Source: Leptogorgia sarmentosa | Lineage: Eukaryota | Direction: 5' to 3' | DNA: 64,000 bases | Assembly (NCBI GenBank): GCA_964658305.1 | Contig: OZ210885.1 | Location: forward strand, 25,172,001-25,236,000 | Part shown: piece by piece, positions 61,005-64,000 of the stretch | How the letters are laid out: each line of letters starts with the position of its first letter | Position numbering within the stretch: the stretch's first letter is position 1 | The notes under the pieces: model-generated | Told to the model about the DNA's origin: nothing | What the model saw: only the letters and a program-made list of their open reading frames with translations | Databases searched by the model: none | Translations under genes and position numbers: made by a program

Positions 61005-63950
61005 TTATGAAATGCACCTGAAGCAACCCTGTCCTTTACTTTTTTCCAGTTCACAAAACCAACTCTCAGGTTTCTCGTCTTCTTCTAAAAGTCCAACACA
61101 GTGTAAGTGAAACCATTTGCAGCATTTTGGATCACTACATTGTATCCAAGCCACTTCCTTCGAGGTTGGACACTGACAAGCAAGTGCTTCGCACAATTCC
61201 TCTGCTTCGACGTTGGCTTTAAGGCTTCTGAAATTGTTCGATATCGGATTATTTACCAGACCACCTATACGCCGTTCACATTCCATCTGTTTTGGGACCA
61301 GGAGATCTAATCTACGTATAACATATGTTCCTGGTGTCATGTTTTCGTCATCATTACACTCTAAAGTAAAGATGTTTTCACAAATGATGTTTTCAGACAA
61401 AAAAATGAAAAATTTAACATGAATTTCCATAGTCACTTTTCAGATATTTATGAAAAACATTACATGCGTACCGTAGACATCAGTTACGTAAACCTTTCTG
61501 GAGAGTCCAGAAAGAGACACCTGGCTATCTTCAGTGCAAAAACCTTGAATGATAACTCCTTCTCCTGCACATGCGACGTCTTTGTTCTTGATATAGACAC
61601 TGGTCCAGAATGGATACACTAAAGTTCGCCAAAACATTAACAGTATTTCAAAATTGGTACAATGATTATACACATTGATGCCAAAAGCAGATTAAATATA
61701 TACGTGTATATGGAAAGAAGGCATTACTTCCGAAATAAGGGCTAGCCCTTAATCAATTCTGAGGCATGAAAATTGTTTTCATTGTTTTTTTAAAGGCCAT
61801 TTATTGAATAATTACCTTCAATATTTCACGGCTTTCCTCGACCAAACTTCGGCTTAAAACGGGCAGGCTTTCTAACTTTCGTTGAGCTGGAGCCTGACTT
61901 ATCTTCAGTATAGAATCTACTTGTTGACGTTGAAGAACGAGAAGTATCACAAATATGTGGGATTGTCAGGTCGGCGCTTTCAATGTTGTCTGGACTCGAA
62001 TTAATGTTGGAATCTACATTCGGAATGGGTTTGGGATTTGAAGCAGTACTGGTTGTGAAGTAGTAGGCTCTGAATGGGAATTAAGCTCTGAAGTATCTAT
62101 GGGTTCTAAAATTATTTCTGTCATGGGAGAGTGCAGTGAGGAATTGAGATCCAAATTGGTGCTGGGACCTGGAATAGTGCTAGAGTGTAAAATGGCAGTG
62201 GTATTCAAAGTGGTAGCTGGGTGAGGAGAGTTGTTTGTATCAGGATTGGTGTTGGAATTGGCAGCTTTTTCAGTTATTCTTATGCCTTCTTTCCTCTCCA
62301 AAATAAATTTCAGCTGAGACGCTCCATATGCACTAGGCTTTTTGAATGCAAGCCCTTGCAAACCTTCCACATCAAACTCAGCACACCTCTTATATGGAAA
62401 CGGGCCATCACTTCCGGTTCCTTCTTCCATAAAAATACAAGAATATGTTGAAGCCAGTATTTATTTAGTAGAACTGGGCGCATGCAGTTCCTCCATCTTC
62501 TCAGTCTTGCGAATACCACTCAGGCATGCACTGTTATTCTGAAAGAACATATTCACACAGTAACGAGTTTACGGGACGTGTGAAACTATTTCCATTCATA
62601 TAGTTAAGTTTTGTAGTATACACCACGTAATTTTATTGTTAATATATTATATTTAGCGATAATAAAATTACGTGGTGTATACTACAAAACTTAACTATAT
62701 TATCTTCACCATGCAAACATTCAAAGAATAATTTCCATTCATCAAGATCTAAATATGATCTTTACGATTTTCTCTAATTTTAAGTAAAAAATGTACACGT
62801 TTTGAACCATTCATATGAATGAACCTATGCTATTTTCTTCATACAAAATCTTTATAATTGTTGAAATTCATATAAATCCCACATAACTTGTTTCGCTCAG
62901 CAAAATTATGGCTTATGCTCTATTTTGCATATGGTTAATTCATCCTTCGTTGACTTATTGTCACATCTTGTACCATTCTGCCGGCAAGCATAAAATGGAA
63001 AAAAGTTGAATGAACAACTTACTATACTTAGCATTAAACAAACTCTGCACTTCCTTGCGTAACATGTCTTCATTTTCGGACACTAAAATGAACATAAGTT
63101 GACTTAGGTTACACTAAAGCTTTCTAAATCACGACTCCCACTCCATTTTCTTCCCATATACACAAGACTTTTTATTCCCTGCTTTTCTATTTTACACATA
63201 TTTACATGCATGCATATGCATTGTACCTGGTACGTTTGTAGGAGAACATAACATTGCGTGGACCTTCCTTATTTCCCTTAAGTCCTCCTCAAGTTTCTCT
63301 GTGCTATTCCCAGGACAAGCTAGGAAAAGTTTTCCATTGCGGATCCCAATTACAACGGCCTGACAGCCATAACTTTTAAGTATTTGGCACTAAAAAAATA
63401 TGAATTCGCCTCTCTCAATGATCGAAATTTAAATGAATTAAATCATCAATCTTGGAAGTGGTGAGATTTTACCACTCTGCACCTCATTATAATTACGTTA
63501 AAATCTGTGCAGCCTGAAATTCACAACTGTTTATATATAGCTACATTATTAAACAAACATATTTTCTTACCGTGTTGTCTCGTAGCTGCCCAAAAATATT
63601 AGAGATTTTATTCTCAATCTGCCGTTCTGTTTTGGACTTTTCTTTTTTGGACAGATTTTCTGCAGCATCAGAGATGGAATTTTGGAATTTTTGCGCTGCC
63701 ACTTTGTTAAACCCGCTTAGTCCACCGCTTAGAATCTCTTTTTCTTCTAATGTATTACATATTTTAAAGCACTATAGTATACTTTACTCAAGCGAAAAAT
63801 ACAAATTAGTTGAATTCATTAATACCTTCGGTTGAGGCATATTCTTTTTGAAAAGCATTCCAAGAACTGTTTGCTCTCTTCTTTCTCGGAATATTGCTTA
63901 GTGTTGCTGTTTTTACATCACTTAACTGGTATAGTCTTTTAGCTATCCAG
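61005..63950 (-). pseudogene. Multi-exon decayed gene ending in a PHD finger (5' end may lie beyond the window)
   Basis: CEALAC...WIQCSDPKCCKWFHLHCVGL...WFC at 61040-61200; upstream exon remnants at 61440-61620, 61820-62540, 63230-63420 and 63572-63950 containing stops. Confidence 0.55.
62598..62700. repeat. Perfect 40-bp-arm inverted repeat with a 23-nt AT-rich spacer
   Basis: ATATAGTTAAGTTTTGTAGTATACACCACGTAATTTTATT at 62598-62637; its reverse complement at 62661-62700. Confidence 0.92.
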
Positions 63951-64000
63951 TTCTGAAATATAAGTACAAAATAAGAGAACTAAAACTCAACTGTAGCTGT

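Overview
Eukaryotic, intron-containing, AT-rich DNA. An invertebrate, probably cnidarian-like, origin is my inference from the element families present. The window is almost entirely nested transposable elements, and I cannot support any ordinary host gene. From left to right: (1) two BEL/Pao LTR retrotransposons, one with an apparently exact 1852-bp internal tandem duplication, inserted into a decayed CxC5/KDZ-type transposase gene; (2) a Crypton tyrosine-recombinase element; (3) a spliced, decayed gene for an AAA+ ATPase resembling mobile-element helicases; (4) a ~2.2-kb IS3EU-type element expanded to 18.5 kb by a hAT, a Tc1/mariner MITE, a Kolobok and a second IS3EU-type element; (5) an AcademH element (RecQ helicase plus transposase, 9-bp TSD); (6) non-autonomous TIR elements, an L2/CR1 LINE fragment, a Mutator-SWIM-Ulp1 gene and a KDZ transposase C-terminal fragment; (7) a third IS3EU-type element and a PHD-finger gene. 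The main observation is that two separate IS3EU-type elements, both with exact 6-bp TSDs, each carry a spliced HECT E3 ubiquitin ligase gene converging on the transposase, with different ubiquitin-related accessory domains (UBZ-like versus SAM plus UBX-like). All family and domain calls come from motif recognition by eye, not database searches.
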